This document shows positions 19,611 to 31,500 of a DNA stretch of 64,000 nt, piece after piece (position 1 is the first letter of the stretch; every line of letters begins with the position of its first letter). The translations under genes were made by a program, and so were the position numbers. The stretch comes from Candidatus Thorarchaeota archaeon (GTDB taxonomy: Archaea > Asgardarchaeota > Thorarchaeia > Thorarchaeales > Thorarchaeaceae): assembly GCA_048884965.1 (NCBI GenBank), contig JBHLQH010000012.1:1-64000 (forward strand), in the 5' to 3' direction. The notes beneath the pieces are model-generated. The model saw nothing but the letters and a program-made list of their open reading frames with translations. It ran no database searches and had not been told where the DNA came from.

Positions 19611-19625
19611 CAATAAAGGAGAAAA

Positions 19626-20216
19626 TTGAAGATGACTACTGAAGATTTTGAATCTCTTGTAATCGAGCTCTCTCAAATTCTTAGAACACGTTTCTTTGGA
19701 AAATATAGAGGAACAGTTGATGAGATTGGCACAGGAGACAAATTAGGTTACATAAGAGCAATTGTTCCAGAGGTATATGGAGAAACAAATCCCTCACCTT
19801 GGGCAAAACCTGTTGTTCCGATGGCAGGTTCAGGCTATGGATGGTTGGTTCTGCCAAAGAGAGGGGATGGCGTGTGGATGGAATTTGAAACTGGTGATAT
19901 TTCAAGACCAATTTGGACTGGTTTTTGGTGGGATGATAAAGATGAGCTACCTAATCCAAGCGGTGTTGATACACGAGTAGCTATCACCCCAAGGGGACAC
20001 AAATTCATTCTAGATGATGAAAAAGACGAGATTCGATTAGTTCATTCCAATAGCTCTGAATTCAAAATTTCTGGAACGGAGATTCAACTTTCTCATTCTG
20101 GAGGTTCCGAGATAAAAATGACTTCTACTGAAATCCTACTCAAGATCGGAGCATGTCAGATTTCTATAACACCTGCAGCGGTCAACATAAACATGGGGTC
20201 AATGGTGGTGAACTAA
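19626..20216 (+). CDS. Central spike, phage baseplate assembly protein V (gp5 OB-fold plus beta-helix; Afp8-C)
   Basis: 'FFGKYRGTV', 'LGYIRAIVPEV', 'WAKPVVP', 'LP..GDGVWMEFETGD.SRPIWTG', followed by short beta repeats. Confidence 0.93.
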   Translation: MKMTTEDFESLVIELSQILRTRFFGKYRGTVDEIGTGDKLGYIRAIVPEVYGETNPSPWAKPVVPMAGSGYGWLVLPKRGDGVWMEFETGDISRPIWTGFWWDDKDELPNPSGVDTRVAITPRGHKFILDDEKDEIRLVHSNSSEFKISGTEIQLSHSGGSEIKMTSTEILLKIGACQISITPAAVNINMGSMVVN

Positions 20217-20218
20217 GA

Positions 20219-20548
20219 ATGCCGCATGCTTTGACAACTATGTCCAATATCATATGCCCACACGGTGGAAAAGCAATCCTTGTTACAAGGCAAACGAAGG
20301 CTCATGATGATAGTGCATACTATCTATTGGAAACTGATGTTCATGCTGTTGTTGGCTGCCCGTTCATGTTGCCATTTTTCTATGAACCTTGTGTTCGAAT
20401 TGAATGGTCGAATGGAAGTACGAAAACAAAGATTGAGGACACACCAATTCTGACTCGTATAAGTCAAGGTTCGTGTTATAACAGCTCCGATGGATTTCAG
20501 GGATATGCTATCGTTGTTTACACGCAGTGGAGGTTTGATGTATATTGA
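20219..20548 (+). CDS. PAAR-like spike tip protein (DUF4280/Afp10-like)
   Basis: ATG at 20219, 2 nt after the gpV stop; 'ICPHGG', 'VGCPF', 'PCVRIEW', 'SCYN' metal-binding Cys/His pattern. Confidence 0.85.
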   Translation: MPHALTTMSNIICPHGGKAILVTRQTKAHDDSAYYLLETDVHAVVGCPFMLPFFYEPCVRIEWSNGSTKTKIEDTPILTRISQGSCYNSSDGFQGYAIVVYTQWRFDVY

Positions 20549-20916
20549 GATATCCACATCTAGACTTCCCATTCCACATCGATGCTGATGGACGTTCAGC
20601 TCAATCACCTGACCTTAACGGGCATATTCGTGATGAGATTATTCAGCTCTTACTAACAGATCCAAGCGAGAGATTATTCCTACCGGAATTTGGGGCAGGT
20701 GTCAAGCTCTATGTATTTGCCAACTTCGATGACCATCAAGTGACAATGGCAAAAACAGCACTCATGCAATGTATCTCCAGATGGTTAGGAGAAAGAATAA
20801 GCTTAGAATCATTGGAAATGACTCTCGAGGATGGAACACTCAATATCAAGATTGTATACAAAGTAAAGGAATCAGATGAATTGAAAGTAGTGACATTTCA
20901 AAGAATGGGAGACTGA
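20545..20916 (+). CDS. GPW/gp25 baseplate wedge / sheath initiator (Afp9)
   Basis: 'FPFHID..GRSA', 'HIRDEIIQLLLTDPSERLFLPEFGAG'. Confidence 0.95.
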   Translation: MRYPHLDFPFHIDADGRSAQSPDLNGHIRDEIIQLLLTDPSERLFLPEFGAGVKLYVFANFDDHQVTMAKTALMQCISRWLGERISLESLEMTLEDGTLNIKIVYKVKESDELKVVTFQRMGD

Positions 20917-20924
20917 TAAGAAGA

Positions 20925-23396
20925 ATGAAAGATATGGAAAAATTGAGAGACCGAATCTCTGAATTGGAGAATCGCGGTTTAAATGGTCTTGACTTTTTAG
21001 TAGTATCAATAGATGATAGAGATCATGCTCAATTGGAAATTCACTTCTTCAATTCTATCGGGATGGATGTTGTATCAAATCACAGAGATGATCCTGAATC
21101 GGTATTTGTACTGGAAGGAGGAGTTCGGAGGCTTGCCAACAAGGATTTCTATATCAAGTCTATTAGTGAACCAGTTGAAAACACAGTAACCATAGTACTT
21201 GAGGTTAGAAATGGAGTTAGTGTACTAGGTGATTATACCACTTACAGAATAGTTGCTGGACCTCTATTGAATCCGGAAGGCACAAACCAAAATCGAATTG
21301 TTGACAAATTATTTGATACACTTTCCTTCAAGTTTAGACCCGGCTGCTTCAACACCCAATGTGATCCAAAGCCAGTGTATGTTGAAAGACAAAAAGAGCC
21401 CATCATCAATTATCTTGCAAAGGATTTCGAGACATTCAAACATACGATGATTGCTGCAATGGGTGAAAGAATACCGGGTTGGAAGCCAACAACAGAAGCA
21501 GACCTCGATATGGTTCTAATAGAGTTGATTAGTGCGACTGCTGATGAGTTGAGTGATTTCCAAGATAGAGTTATGAATGAAGCATACTTGAATACTGCGA
21601 GAAAACGAGTTTCCCTTGCTAGGCACGCTAGATTGATGGATTATTATATTTATGAAGGGCATCAAGCGACATCATGGCTTGCAGTTCAAGTCAAGGATGA
21701 TTGTACTCTTGATTCACCTTTCTCAGTAAGTACAATGTCGTCCTATTCCTCTATCGTGTATTCTACCATTCACATTCCTAATTTCTACAAATATGGAAAC
21801 AGAATTGGACTATACACTTGGAATGCGGTAGTGCCGACTCTCGACAAGGGATCTACAACTGCTGATGTACAGATATTGGACATAGGTGCTGGCGAGGATG
21901 TCTTTGAAGTTCATGAAACTTTCAAAGAGTTGATACTTTCCGGAAAAATCAAACATCTTCTTATTCAAGAGTGGAAGGACCCAGCAACTGGACTGGAATA
22001 TGAAGGCACAGGTATTATTGGAAAGAGACAAATTCTCAGATTGGTACCCAATAAAGATCTAACTAAGACAGAGATTGATCCTGTTACAGAAGAAGTCTAT
22101 TTGAGAATTGTTTGGGAAGAAGAAGATAAACTCCTAGATATTTACACATTTACAACATATACCAATGGAAGCAGAGTGAATCACGTTTCAATGTTTCATG
22201 CTAACCTGCTTTCAGTTTCAAATGGAGAATGGATCAAAGAAACCTTCATTCCACCTACAGAGAAACTCGATGCACCTCCGCTTGAAACAAATCAATACTA
22301 CTACATTGACACTAGAAAATGGGGAGCAATTTGTGAGCTCAGGAATCCGTTATTGTATACGGATGTCTATAATGGTGAAAGGCCGACAGGAAGAAAACCC
22401 CCAATTAGTACTCTAAGAGTCACTGTGAATGGTGATGATTGGGATGAAAGAATCTCTTTGATAAATAGCGAATCTACACATACACATTTCATAGTAGAAA
22501 CAGATGAAGAGCGAATCAGTCGAGTTCGGTTTGGTAATGGAATAAATGGAATGATGATACCTGAGGATGCAATCATTGAATGCGAGTATCAAACGGGATT
22601 ACCTCTCGATGGGAATATTGGTGCTGACACTTTGGTCATCCCAGATCCAATCAATCAAGTTCGGATTCGAAAATGTTGGAATCCATTGGATATCAGTAGT
22701 GGGAGAGATCGGGAAACGAGAAATGAGATCATGAGAAATGTGCCAGAAGCATTCAGAGAGATGCAACTTCGAGCTATAACCGTCAATAACCTTGTAGATG
22801 ATTATGAGAGTCAGACTCAGATACTTCCTGAAGTACATCAAGCAAAAGCATCCTATACATGGATGGGAAGTTGGAGACAAGTACAGATAGCTGTCGATCC
22901 GGTAGGTGGAGGGGAAATAACTTCGGATTTGCACAGGGAAATTTTGACACATCTAGATTCAGTTCGATTGATAGGGGACCAAATTATCATCAGAAATCCC
23001 AAGTATGTTCCATTGGAAATTCATGTTCCAGTTTGTATACATGAGGATTATTGGCAAACTGAAGTTCTTTACTTCCTGAAAAGCGAATTCTCAGATGGCA
23101 TAACATGGGATGGTAGAAAGGCATTCTTCCACCCGGATAGATGGACATTTGGTCAAAGTATCAAGAAAAGTCAGATAGTAGGCGCGGTTCAATCGATAGA
23201 AGGAGTGGATCATGTGATTGACAATCCCTCAGCGCCGAGTGGATCGCTCTCTCGACTATCGATTGAGAAGTGGAATAGATCGAATCAAAATGGTCAGCTT
23301 GAGATTGGGAGCAATGAAATCATTCAGGTTAGAAGTAATCCTAATGAGATTGAATCAGGTTTCATATATTTCCATCTAAGGGGGGGTAGAGGATGA
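20925..23396 (+). CDS. Baseplate J/gp6-like wedge protein 1 (Afp11-like)
   Basis: 'INYLAKDFETF', 'ADLDMVLIEL...ADELSDFQDRVMNEAYLNTARKRVSL', 'VRFGNGING..P', 'SGRDRE', 'LRAIT'. Confidence 0.92.
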   Translation: MKDMEKLRDRISELENRGLNGLDFLVVSIDDRDHAQLEIHFFNSIGMDVVSNHRDDPESVFVLEGGVRRLANKDFYIKSISEPVENTVTIVLEVRNGVSVLGDYTTYRIVAGPLLNPEGTNQNRIVDKLFDTLSFKFRPGCFNTQCDPKPVYVERQKEPIINYLAKDFETFKHTMIAAMGERIPGWKPTTEADLDMVLIELISATADELSDFQDRVMNEAYLNTARKRVSLARHARLMDYYIYEGHQATSWLAVQVKDDCTLDSPFSVSTMSSYSSIVYSTIHIPNFYKYGNRIGLYTWNAVVPTLDKGSTTADVQILDIGAGEDVFEVHETFKELILSGKIKHLLIQEWKDPATGLEYEGTGIIGKRQILRLVPNKDLTKTEIDPVTEEVYLRIVWEEEDKLLDIYTFTTYTNGSRVNHVSMFHANLLSVSNGEWIKETFIPPTEKLDAPPLETNQYYYIDTRKWGAICELRNPLLYTDVYNGERPTGRKPPISTLRVTVNGDDWDERISLINSESTHTHFIVETDEERISRVRFGNGINGMMIPEDAIIECEYQTGLPLDGNIGADTLVIPDPINQVRIRKCWNPLDISSGRDRETRNEIMRNVPEAFREMQLRAITVNNLVDDYESQTQILPEVHQAKASYTWMGSWRQVQIAVDPVGGGEITSDLHREILTHLDSVRLIGDQIIIRNPKYVPLEIHVPVCIHEDYWQTEVLYFLKSEFSDGITWDGRKAFFHPDRWTFGQSIKKSQIVGAVQSIEGVDHVIDNPSAPSGSLSRLSIEKWNRSNQNGQLEIGSNEIIQVRSNPNEIESGFIYFHLRGGRG

Positions 23397-26098
23397 ATTC
23401 ACCATATGATTCAGATAACAGATCTATTGAAGAAATAATGGCAGACAAGCAATCAAAGGGATTGATATTCAATAGACAAGGTCTTTCCAGAATCAACTAC
23501 AGGATAGGTACCTATTCAGCATTTAGAGATTTATTCTTCGACCTACTTGATAAAGAAAGATTGACAAAAGGTATGGAAGGAAAGGTTTCTCCACTTTCAA
23601 GGTGGACATATCGTCTGCCAGATGATCCTGCAATAGCTCTGATAGAGAGTACTTCGATAATTTGCGATATCCTCACTTTCTATCAGAATCTTTATGCGAA
23701 TGAGGCATACCTCAGAACATCTCAATGGCGAGAAAGTATCAGTCGATTGGTTGCACTCACAGGATATTATCTGAGTCCAGGTTTTTCAGGACAAGGGTGG
23801 TTCGCATTTGAAGTAAAGGGTGATAGTAGCTTAGCAATTCCTGAAGGATTTCCCATTAAAGCTACATTAAGTGAAATTGATGAAACAGTAGAATTCGAAA
23901 CAAGTAACACAATCACTGCGTACCCGGAATTAAATGAGATCAAGCTCTTCTACAATATCGAATCGGAGCAGTTCAATCTCGGTATGCGTGAATTTCATAT
24001 CAAGGATGGCAAGAAACTTGACCTTCAACCAAGAGATAGACTATTTCTATCTTACAACAAAGTGGAGATGAATACTGCAAATGAGTCAGCTGAGATTGTC
24101 ATTGTTGAAGATGTGTGGTCTGTATTTGACTATGAATTCTTCTCCATTAGAGGTAGCTTACAGGTTGATATATCATCAATAACAAATATTTCTGCGAGAA
24201 AACTAGGGAGAACATTTCGTCATTTTGGATATAACGCTCCCTCTACCGCATATCCAGTTTCCACATTAGTTCAAGGTGCTCCAGGAACCTACGTTTCAAC
24301 TGTAAAAACAATAACATATGCAAGAAAGCTAGAGGAAATCACAAAAGATGATCAAGAGTGGCCACGTACTTCACTCAATAAAAACGAGTTTCCACTTGAT
24401 GTTACAGTAAAGGATCTGGTTCCAGGGAGAACTATGGTATTTCAGATTCATGATGATATTAAGTCATCAAAGCCCAAAGCATTCATTATTCCGCTTATCC
24501 AAGCAATTAGAAAATCAAACTATACTTGGGGCTCGATATCAGGAAACTGCAGCTCACTGTTCCTTGCTCCAATATTCGAAAATCCAAATAAAGAAATTCC
24601 AAATAGCTTAGCATATGGTTCCAAAGAAGTTGATATTGATAGAATTGAGATGCATGAGATAATCAGTGAATGTGTGGATCTGGGTCCGGGATTATCAATC
24701 AACTCAAAACCAGAACGGTTCCTATATTTTGGCTCTGACGAAGATTTCAAGAAAATAAAGGATAGAGATATTCTAATCTCACACTCAGAAGGGGTAAGAA
24801 AGAAGGCCAAACTGCTTCTCATTGATGAATTACCTGCACAATTTCCGTTCACTCTTAAATGTAGATTGGTATGTTTGGATCCACAATTGGAGGAGTATCT
24901 AGAATTTCCAGCAAATTGCAAGGAGGGGAAATATGATACGCCAATTTCCTATAATGGTGAAGAATACATCATCTATGGGAATACAGGATTTGCAACACAA
25001 GGAAAGACTGATGAGAGCATTCCGATTGGAAGTGGTGATAGTCGGGAAACATTCCAAGAAATGCCTCTACCAAAGTCACCACTTTCCTATTTGTTCTCAG
25101 CGGATGGCAGGCCTGAGCTATCAATTAGGGTAAATGGCCAGTTGTGGGATTATGTGCCATCGTTATTTAACAAAGAAGACACAGATGAAGTATACACAGT
25201 AAGAAGTGATGAAGAAGGAACAAGTTGGATAAAGTTTGGAGATGGCATAAATGGATCTAAACTTCCATCGGGGATTGATAACATCTCCGCAACATATAGA
25301 ACTGGAATAGGAGCTTATGGTGAACTAAAGCCAGGTACAAAGGCTAATGCAGCTGATACCTTATTTAATTTAGGCAAGATATTCCTCGTCACATCGATTT
25401 ATGGTGGCATAGAGCCCGAGTTAGGAGATTCAGCAAGAATCTCGGCTCCAGGAAAAGTACAAGCACTTGACCGTCTAGTCAGTCTAAAGGATTACGAAAC
25501 TGCAACGCAAACAATTCCAGGTGTTCTCAAAGCAAAGAGCTCTTTCTCACTATCAAGCAATCTAATTCCAACCATCAACCTAACAATTCTAACCAATGCA
25601 AATACGATGGAAGAAAAAGAGAGTATTCAAAGTCTGGTCATTGAATATGATAGATTGCATGGATCACAACGCTATCCTTTGGATGTCATAATTGGTAGTT
25701 TCAGGTATGTTGCAATAGCTGGATCATATGGAGTAGATTCCAAGTATCTTGCTGAAAATGTTGAACAGGATATTCTGGAAGCTTTAGGAGTATACTATCC
25801 ATCCACTGACGAATACTCAAGTCAAAATGGTCTATTCAGCTTGCAACGGAGGAGTTTCAATCAATCTGAATATCTGTCGAGGATAGAAGCTACCATTCAA
25901 AATGTCAAGGGAGTTACATGGGTCGATATTTCTTTACTAAGTTCCATAGTTACAGATGGGGATCCAGCACTAATACTGATTGATGAATTTCCGAGTGCAA
26001 GGGAGTATGTAATATCCAGCTCAGATTCTGAAGTTCTTAGATTATGTTCTCAAAATTTGTCGCTCACACCAATCGTAGGTAAAGGGGAAGGTGAATAG
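23393..26098 (+). CDS. Baseplate J/gp6-like wedge protein 2 (Afp11/12-like)
   Basis: 'NRQGLSRINYRIGTY', 'DDPAIALIE...DILTFYQ..YANEAYLRT', 'IKFGDGING..LPSG..NISATYRTGIG', 'DRLVSLKDYE'. Confidence 0.92.
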   Translation: MNSPYDSDNRSIEEIMADKQSKGLIFNRQGLSRINYRIGTYSAFRDLFFDLLDKERLTKGMEGKVSPLSRWTYRLPDDPAIALIESTSIICDILTFYQNLYANEAYLRTSQWRESISRLVALTGYYLSPGFSGQGWFAFEVKGDSSLAIPEGFPIKATLSEIDETVEFETSNTITAYPELNEIKLFYNIESEQFNLGMREFHIKDGKKLDLQPRDRLFLSYNKVEMNTANESAEIVIVEDVWSVFDYEFFSIRGSLQVDISSITNISARKLGRTFRHFGYNAPSTAYPVSTLVQGAPGTYVSTVKTITYARKLEEITKDDQEWPRTSLNKNEFPLDVTVKDLVPGRTMVFQIHDDIKSSKPKAFIIPLIQAIRKSNYTWGSISGNCSSLFLAPIFENPNKEIPNSLAYGSKEVDIDRIEMHEIISECVDLGPGLSINSKPERFLYFGSDEDFKKIKDRDILISHSEGVRKKAKLLLIDELPAQFPFTLKCRLVCLDPQLEEYLEFPANCKEGKYDTPISYNGEEYIIYGNTGFATQGKTDESIPIGSGDSRETFQEMPLPKSPLSYLFSADGRPELSIRVNGQLWDYVPSLFNKEDTDEVYTVRSDEEGTSWIKFGDGINGSKLPSGIDNISATYRTGIGAYGELKPGTKANAADTLFNLGKIFLVTSIYGGIEPELGDSARISAPGKVQALDRLVSLKDYETATQTIPGVLKAKSSFSLSSNLIPTINLTILTNANTMEEKESIQSLVIEYDRLHGSQRYPLDVIIGSFRYVAIAGSYGVDSKYLAENVEQDILEALGVYYPSTDEYSSQNGLFSLQRRSFNQSEYLSRIEATIQNVKGVTWVDISLLSSIVTDGDPALILIDEFPSAREYVISSSDSEVLRLCSQNLSLTPIVGKGEGE

Positions 26099-26101
26099 AA
26101 A

Positions 26102-28501
26102 TTGAAAAGGGTGTCACTCTACGATAGACTTCCACGAATATATCAAGATAAAGATGCGGAGCAATTGCCGCCATATCAACTGAAGAGGTACTTGGAAATC
26201 TTTGAAACGATCTTAGGAAGGATACATGAGAATATCGAAGATTTGTATCATGATATATTCATAGAAACGTGCGATGAGTGGGTTATCCCATATATCGGAG
26301 ATCTATTAGGAGTTACACACCTCAAGACAGATTCATGGCACAACAGAGCAGATGTAGCAGATACAATCGCATTGAGAAGGAGAAAGGGAACACTAAGTGC
26401 AATTGAATTACTTACTTACGATTTGACTGGATGGGGCGTACATTGTTCGGAGCTACGTGATAGATTACTCTTCAATCAGAATATCAACTTATATAACGAT
26501 TTTAAGAAAATGTACAAACTCTCAATACTATCAGGTAATGAGTATGGCGAACCTGAAAGAAATAGGACTGCAGATATTCGCAAACGAGGTGTACTATCAC
26601 TGCAAAGAACTCCTTTTGATTCGTTACACTACACTGCTGATGTTAAGCCGCTCGTTATTGATAATCTTAGATATAACATCCCCAATTTGGCGATATACCT
26701 CTGGAGATTAGAACCATATCAAATTCCACTCTCAAAGGCAGTTCGAGCAGAGGGGTATCCAAAAGCTCAAGCACCTGTAGATGGTATTGATGATGTAGCT
26801 GAGCATATCTCCGCATTCTATGTACAACCACTTGGTAGAAGTAAAGTTCTCTTCAACAAATGCTCAGACATTATCTGCGTTACATGTGGATTTGAAAATT
26901 CGATAGATGATGATATCTGTCAGAACTGTGGAGCTCCAATGCCAAGGAAGAATTTCAAAGCTGATTACGTTAGAGTTTCTGATTTAGATGAAGCACCAGG
27001 GCCAATTCTGAGAACGCGCTTGAATGAAATATCCTCGGTTGGACGACCAGTGAAATATGTAACATTATCCAACTTTGAAGATTACGACCAATTAGCCGTA
27101 TTTGCACACACCAAGATACCTAATGTTGGACTCAGAATATTCCTTGTAGGTGGTGATTTCAAGGAGGAGGAATGGCCAAGCAGTATACCAGAAAAGAAAT
27201 GGAGGATTAGAGGTTCAAAATTAGAAGCCTGGGAACATTCTCTCAGCTCACCACTTCGCAACAGAGAAATTGCCATTGATCCTCAACTAGGTAGAATACT
27301 AATTGGCCTTGATGATCGCTTAGATACCGAAGACGATATCCTATATCTTACATATACATATGGCTCAATAAAAGACGTAGGAGCGAATCCTCGCGAAAGA
27401 AATGTACCTAATGAATGGTCTGATGCTAAGAAGATTGAAGTTGAGGGAGGTGGGACTAGTCTCAATGATAAACTAAGGAATGGACTTAAAGACGAAAAGA
27501 AGGTTATCATTGAGATTCGAGATAGTTTAATTTATGATGTACAAAGCCATATCGAATCTGATGGGCTAATATACATCAGAACAAGAGATGGATGTCGTCC
27601 TATTATCAGGCTAACTCGCCCATTGCAAATCTATCCAGCAAAACGATTCAGTGAATTTGGCTCAGCGGATGAGTATCACGAGTATATCTATAGTCTAAAG
27701 GTAACATTTGAAGGACTATTCATTACTGGTTCTGATGAACGTGATTATCCTCTTTTTGATAGAATTGCTATTAACGAACTTACTTTCAATCAATGTACTC
27801 TTGATCCAACTAGATATCTGGGAGATGCCATAGAAGAACGCAAACCGCGGATAGCTATGCATCTGAGAAGACACTATGGCTTTCCTGAAGGCTCGGATGA
27901 AATCCTAAATTTCCCAGAAATTCCCAGAATAAGTTTCTACAATTCAATAACCGGATCACTATTCGTGGATCGTTTCTACCAACTCGCATTCGTGAATTCA
28001 ATTATTGATGCATCCACCTCTGTGAAAGAGCAAGAGTCAGCCCGATTTGCGATACGTGATGATGGTGGTGCCGATTGGGGACCTCCTACCAAAATGAAAG
28101 GTACGACAGTATTTGGCAAGTCTAAGGTAGAAAGGATTTCAGGTAGTAGCAACATCTTTGGTCACAGATTGCAGGTTCAAAGAACTCTTGAGGGTTGTAT
28201 GAAGCAGAGCTATATTGTGGCAAAGAGAGGGGAGATACCACAAATCGAAGGGTGCATAGTCGTAGGTCCTGGGGCAAAGGATAGACCTACACTTAGTTTT
28301 GAGTCTGAAGTATTCGGAGACCCCGGATTTGCTCAATTGACACATTCTACGGATTATAGAATCCGTGAAGGAGGTTTGAACTTTAATGCGATGGGGGCGA
28401 CTGGCTTCTTACGTGAATCGGACAAATGGAGGAATTTGCAGATCAGACTGAGGGAGTTTATGCCTGTCGGTATCAGATCTGTTTTCATGACGGTGACATA
28501 G
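26102..28501 (+). CDS. P2 gpI/gp7-like baseplate-tail protein with zinc-ribbon insertion
   Basis: 'LYDRLPRIY..KD', 'FIETCDEWVIPYIGDLLG', 'RADVADTIALRRRKGT', 'AIDPQLGRI', C-terminal 'RLREFMPVG'; internal CxxC..CxxC. Confidence 0.85.
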   Translation: MKRVSLYDRLPRIYQDKDAEQLPPYQLKRYLEIFETILGRIHENIEDLYHDIFIETCDEWVIPYIGDLLGVTHLKTDSWHNRADVADTIALRRRKGTLSAIELLTYDLTGWGVHCSELRDRLLFNQNINLYNDFKKMYKLSILSGNEYGEPERNRTADIRKRGVLSLQRTPFDSLHYTADVKPLVIDNLRYNIPNLAIYLWRLEPYQIPLSKAVRAEGYPKAQAPVDGIDDVAEHISAFYVQPLGRSKVLFNKCSDIICVTCGFENSIDDDICQNCGAPMPRKNFKADYVRVSDLDEAPGPILRTRLNEISSVGRPVKYVTLSNFEDYDQLAVFAHTKIPNVGLRIFLVGGDFKEEEWPSSIPEKKWRIRGSKLEAWEHSLSSPLRNREIAIDPQLGRILIGLDDRLDTEDDILYLTYTYGSIKDVGANPRERNVPNEWSDAKKIEVEGGGTSLNDKLRNGLKDEKKVIIEIRDSLIYDVQSHIESDGLIYIRTRDGCRPIIRLTRPLQIYPAKRFSEFGSADEYHEYIYSLKVTFEGLFITGSDERDYPLFDRIAINELTFNQCTLDPTRYLGDAIEERKPRIAMHLRRHYGFPEGSDEILNFPEIPRISFYNSITGSLFVDRFYQLAFVNSIIDASTSVKEQESARFAIRDDGGADWGPPTKMKGTTVFGKSKVERISGSSNIFGHRLQVQRTLEGCMKQSYIVAKRGEIPQIEGCIVVGPGAKDRPTLSFESEVFGDPGFAQLTHSTDYRIREGGLNFNAMGATGFLRESDKWRNLQIRLREFMPVGIRSVFMTVT

Positions 28502-28513
28502 GAGAGTGAAAGA

Positions 28514-31500
28514 ATGAAGGGTAATTTTTCAAGAATTCGTTTTGAAAGGAAGAAAAACTTTGCTGGTGTTATGCATCAGCAAGGTAAGGTCTTACTTGAT
28601 AGAGATTGGAATGAGCAAGTCGATATTCAAAACGAATGGCAAAGATGGTCAGGCCGAGATGTGGTAGGTGCAGGTCTTGCAGCTGTACCATATTCAAATC
28701 AAGAAGGTTTCAAAGTAATTGACGCCAAGATCTATAGAGGTTCTCTGGATTTACACTTGCACATATCACATGGAAGAATTTGGGCAGATGGACAGATACT
28801 CCATCATTCAATGGCATCAGAATATGTCAAGGCGACTCCACTAGATGAAAATCAACGCCTTGAAAACCAAATGTTAAGAGGAAATGAATTCGCCGTTATT
28901 CTTGAAACGTGGAAGGATACAATAAATGGATTTCAAGATCTTGATTTGTTGGAGCCAGCTTTAGGTGGGGCGGATACAACTGAGCGAATTCAAAATGCAT
29001 ATCGATTTAGATATCAGGAATTACCCTTTCAGAAACCAAGCTGTTCTGATGTCCGGAAGCTGATTCAGAGCTATCTATCAACCCCTAAAGGAAGGCTAAC
29101 TGTTACCATCAAGTCTTCCGGAGGAGGGACTGAAGAATGTCCTATGGATATATGGAGGGACTATACTGGTCTGGAGCACAGATTATATCGTATTGAAATT
29201 ACTGATACTCCACTGAAACCGGGTCTTTATTTCAAAATGTCACGATACAATGGAGAACTAGTTGGTAGAGGCCAAGTATCATCAACTACTGATTCCACAA
29301 TTGAAATCAAAGGTAATCTCATGGAAATCAAAGCTTCAAAGTTAGAGAAATTTTACATTGATGTCATTGGTGTTGATTCTGACATTCATTCGTCTGATAC
29401 CTATTGGAAGCCTCTAGTGAGTGGAAAAGCAGAGTTATCAAACAACAATGTTGTGATTACAGATTATTACTTGGGTAGTAAGGAAAAGCTCAAGGAAATT
29501 AATACGGAAAATGGAGTTTACTTCAGGATATGGGAAAAGATACATGATGTGAAAGATTTCATTCCTTCAGGAATTCGTAGACGACCTGGCGAAGCGGTAG
29601 AACTAGAAGAGGGAATCTGTCTTTCATTTGATATTGATGGGAAGTCACTTCTACCTGGTGATTATTGGCTGATACCAGTGAGATCATCTGATATGATAGA
29701 AAGTGCTGAAGGTGAATGGGTCTCTGCTTTTGGTTCATTGCCAACTGAGGAGGAACCTCATGGAATAAAATACACTCAAGTCCCTCTAGCAATTGTATCC
29801 TTTGACAAAAACAGCCTTGCAGATCCAAAAGAATCATCCAGTGTCTTTGATTGTAGAGTTTCATTTCCGCCCCTTGCAATGAGAACTGACTGTACAACAT
29901 ATTTCATTGGGGGTGATGATCCCTGCTACCCTGGATTCGGATTAACTGTAGAGGAAGCATATCAGCAAATCAAACAAGAAGGAAGGGGAGGAGAAATCAA
30001 ACTACTTCCGGGCAGGCATTATTTCAACCTTCGAATTGACTCTCCAGGAATCAAGATTTCAGGATGTGGACCTAGAACTCTCGTATTTCCAAGATCTGAT
30101 AAATATCCCATTTTTGATATTCGAAATACAGAACTTGTTAGAATTCAGGATATGAGTCTAAAGCATACACGTGAATGTGCGATTACCGTTAATGGAGAAA
30201 CGACAAGTAACATAGACATTCTTCGTAACTACATCAGCTCAAGTGGATTTTCCACTGAAAGCACATCAAAAATCATTCGTCATTTGGATGAGAAAAAGAC
30301 ACCACGTGACATTCTTGAAGAGATAAGGAAACTATTAGATAGGACAGAGTTAACCTTTGACACAAAGGAAAGAATCCTTAGGTGTTTGAGAGCTACAGGA
30401 GCTGGTCAGGATACAGTAGATGTGGTTACTGAAGAGGTAGAAGTTGAAAATGTGCAAACCGCTATCTGTATTCGTGCAAGAGATGTTGTTATTCAAGATA
30501 ACGAAATCAGAGGGGGCATCTTAGTTGCAGGAGGTTCAGAGGAAATCAGGATAATTGATAACATCATACATGATTGTACTGGAAATGGTATAATCTTAGG
30601 AGACTTGGTACATAGTAGTGATCTTATTGCAAAGAGCCAAGAGAAAGGAAAAGAGTATCTGCTTGGAGAGAATCTATTCGGATTCCTGTATGATATACTT
30701 ATAGATGGCAATGAAATAACTCAAACTGCAAAATCAGGGATAGGTGTAGGAGGTATCATTGAAGATGCTGACTATCCCATAGATGGAATTGATGACCCAT
30801 ACATCAAGAGTTTCTTGCAGCTAGGTAATACAGTCGTGAATCTTCAAATATCTAACAATCACATTCATCACTGTCTCACTGATTATTCAGAAATCAATGA
30901 AACAGTTGATTCGGATGAGCTAAGAAGAGGTATTGTACCCGGCGGGATTTCAATACTTTCATGTGATAGAGTGCTTATTAGGAATAATCTAATTGAAGAA
31001 AATGGATTATGGCCAGTGTGCGGTATATATATTCGATATGTCGAAGATCTCGAAATTCTTGAGAACAAAATCTCAAACTCTCACACGATTGGTAATGCGG
31101 TAAAAACCATTGAAATTCCTAGGTTATTATCACATAATGCTGGAGGCATTATCATTGATTTTGCTGTAGCTGGTCTTGATGCATCTGAGGCTCCATCACC
31201 AAATGATGACATGAAGATAGGAATTGTAATTGATAAACCAGCACTTAGGATTCATTGTAATACTGTAAGGGTCGGGTATGGCTATTCGCTTTTTGCAGGA
31301 GCATATGGTCCTGTATCAATAACCAACAATTGCTTTAGTACAAAAGCCACTTTGATACCAAGTTTCAATACTAACTGGCTTTTGGAACTTGCATCATTGA
31401 CTGATTCACCATACAGCATTCTGAGAGCTCTTGGCGGATCAGTTCTCGTTTTCAATCTTGGGGGCTTGTTAAGTCTAATAAACAGTATATTGTGGTTAAG

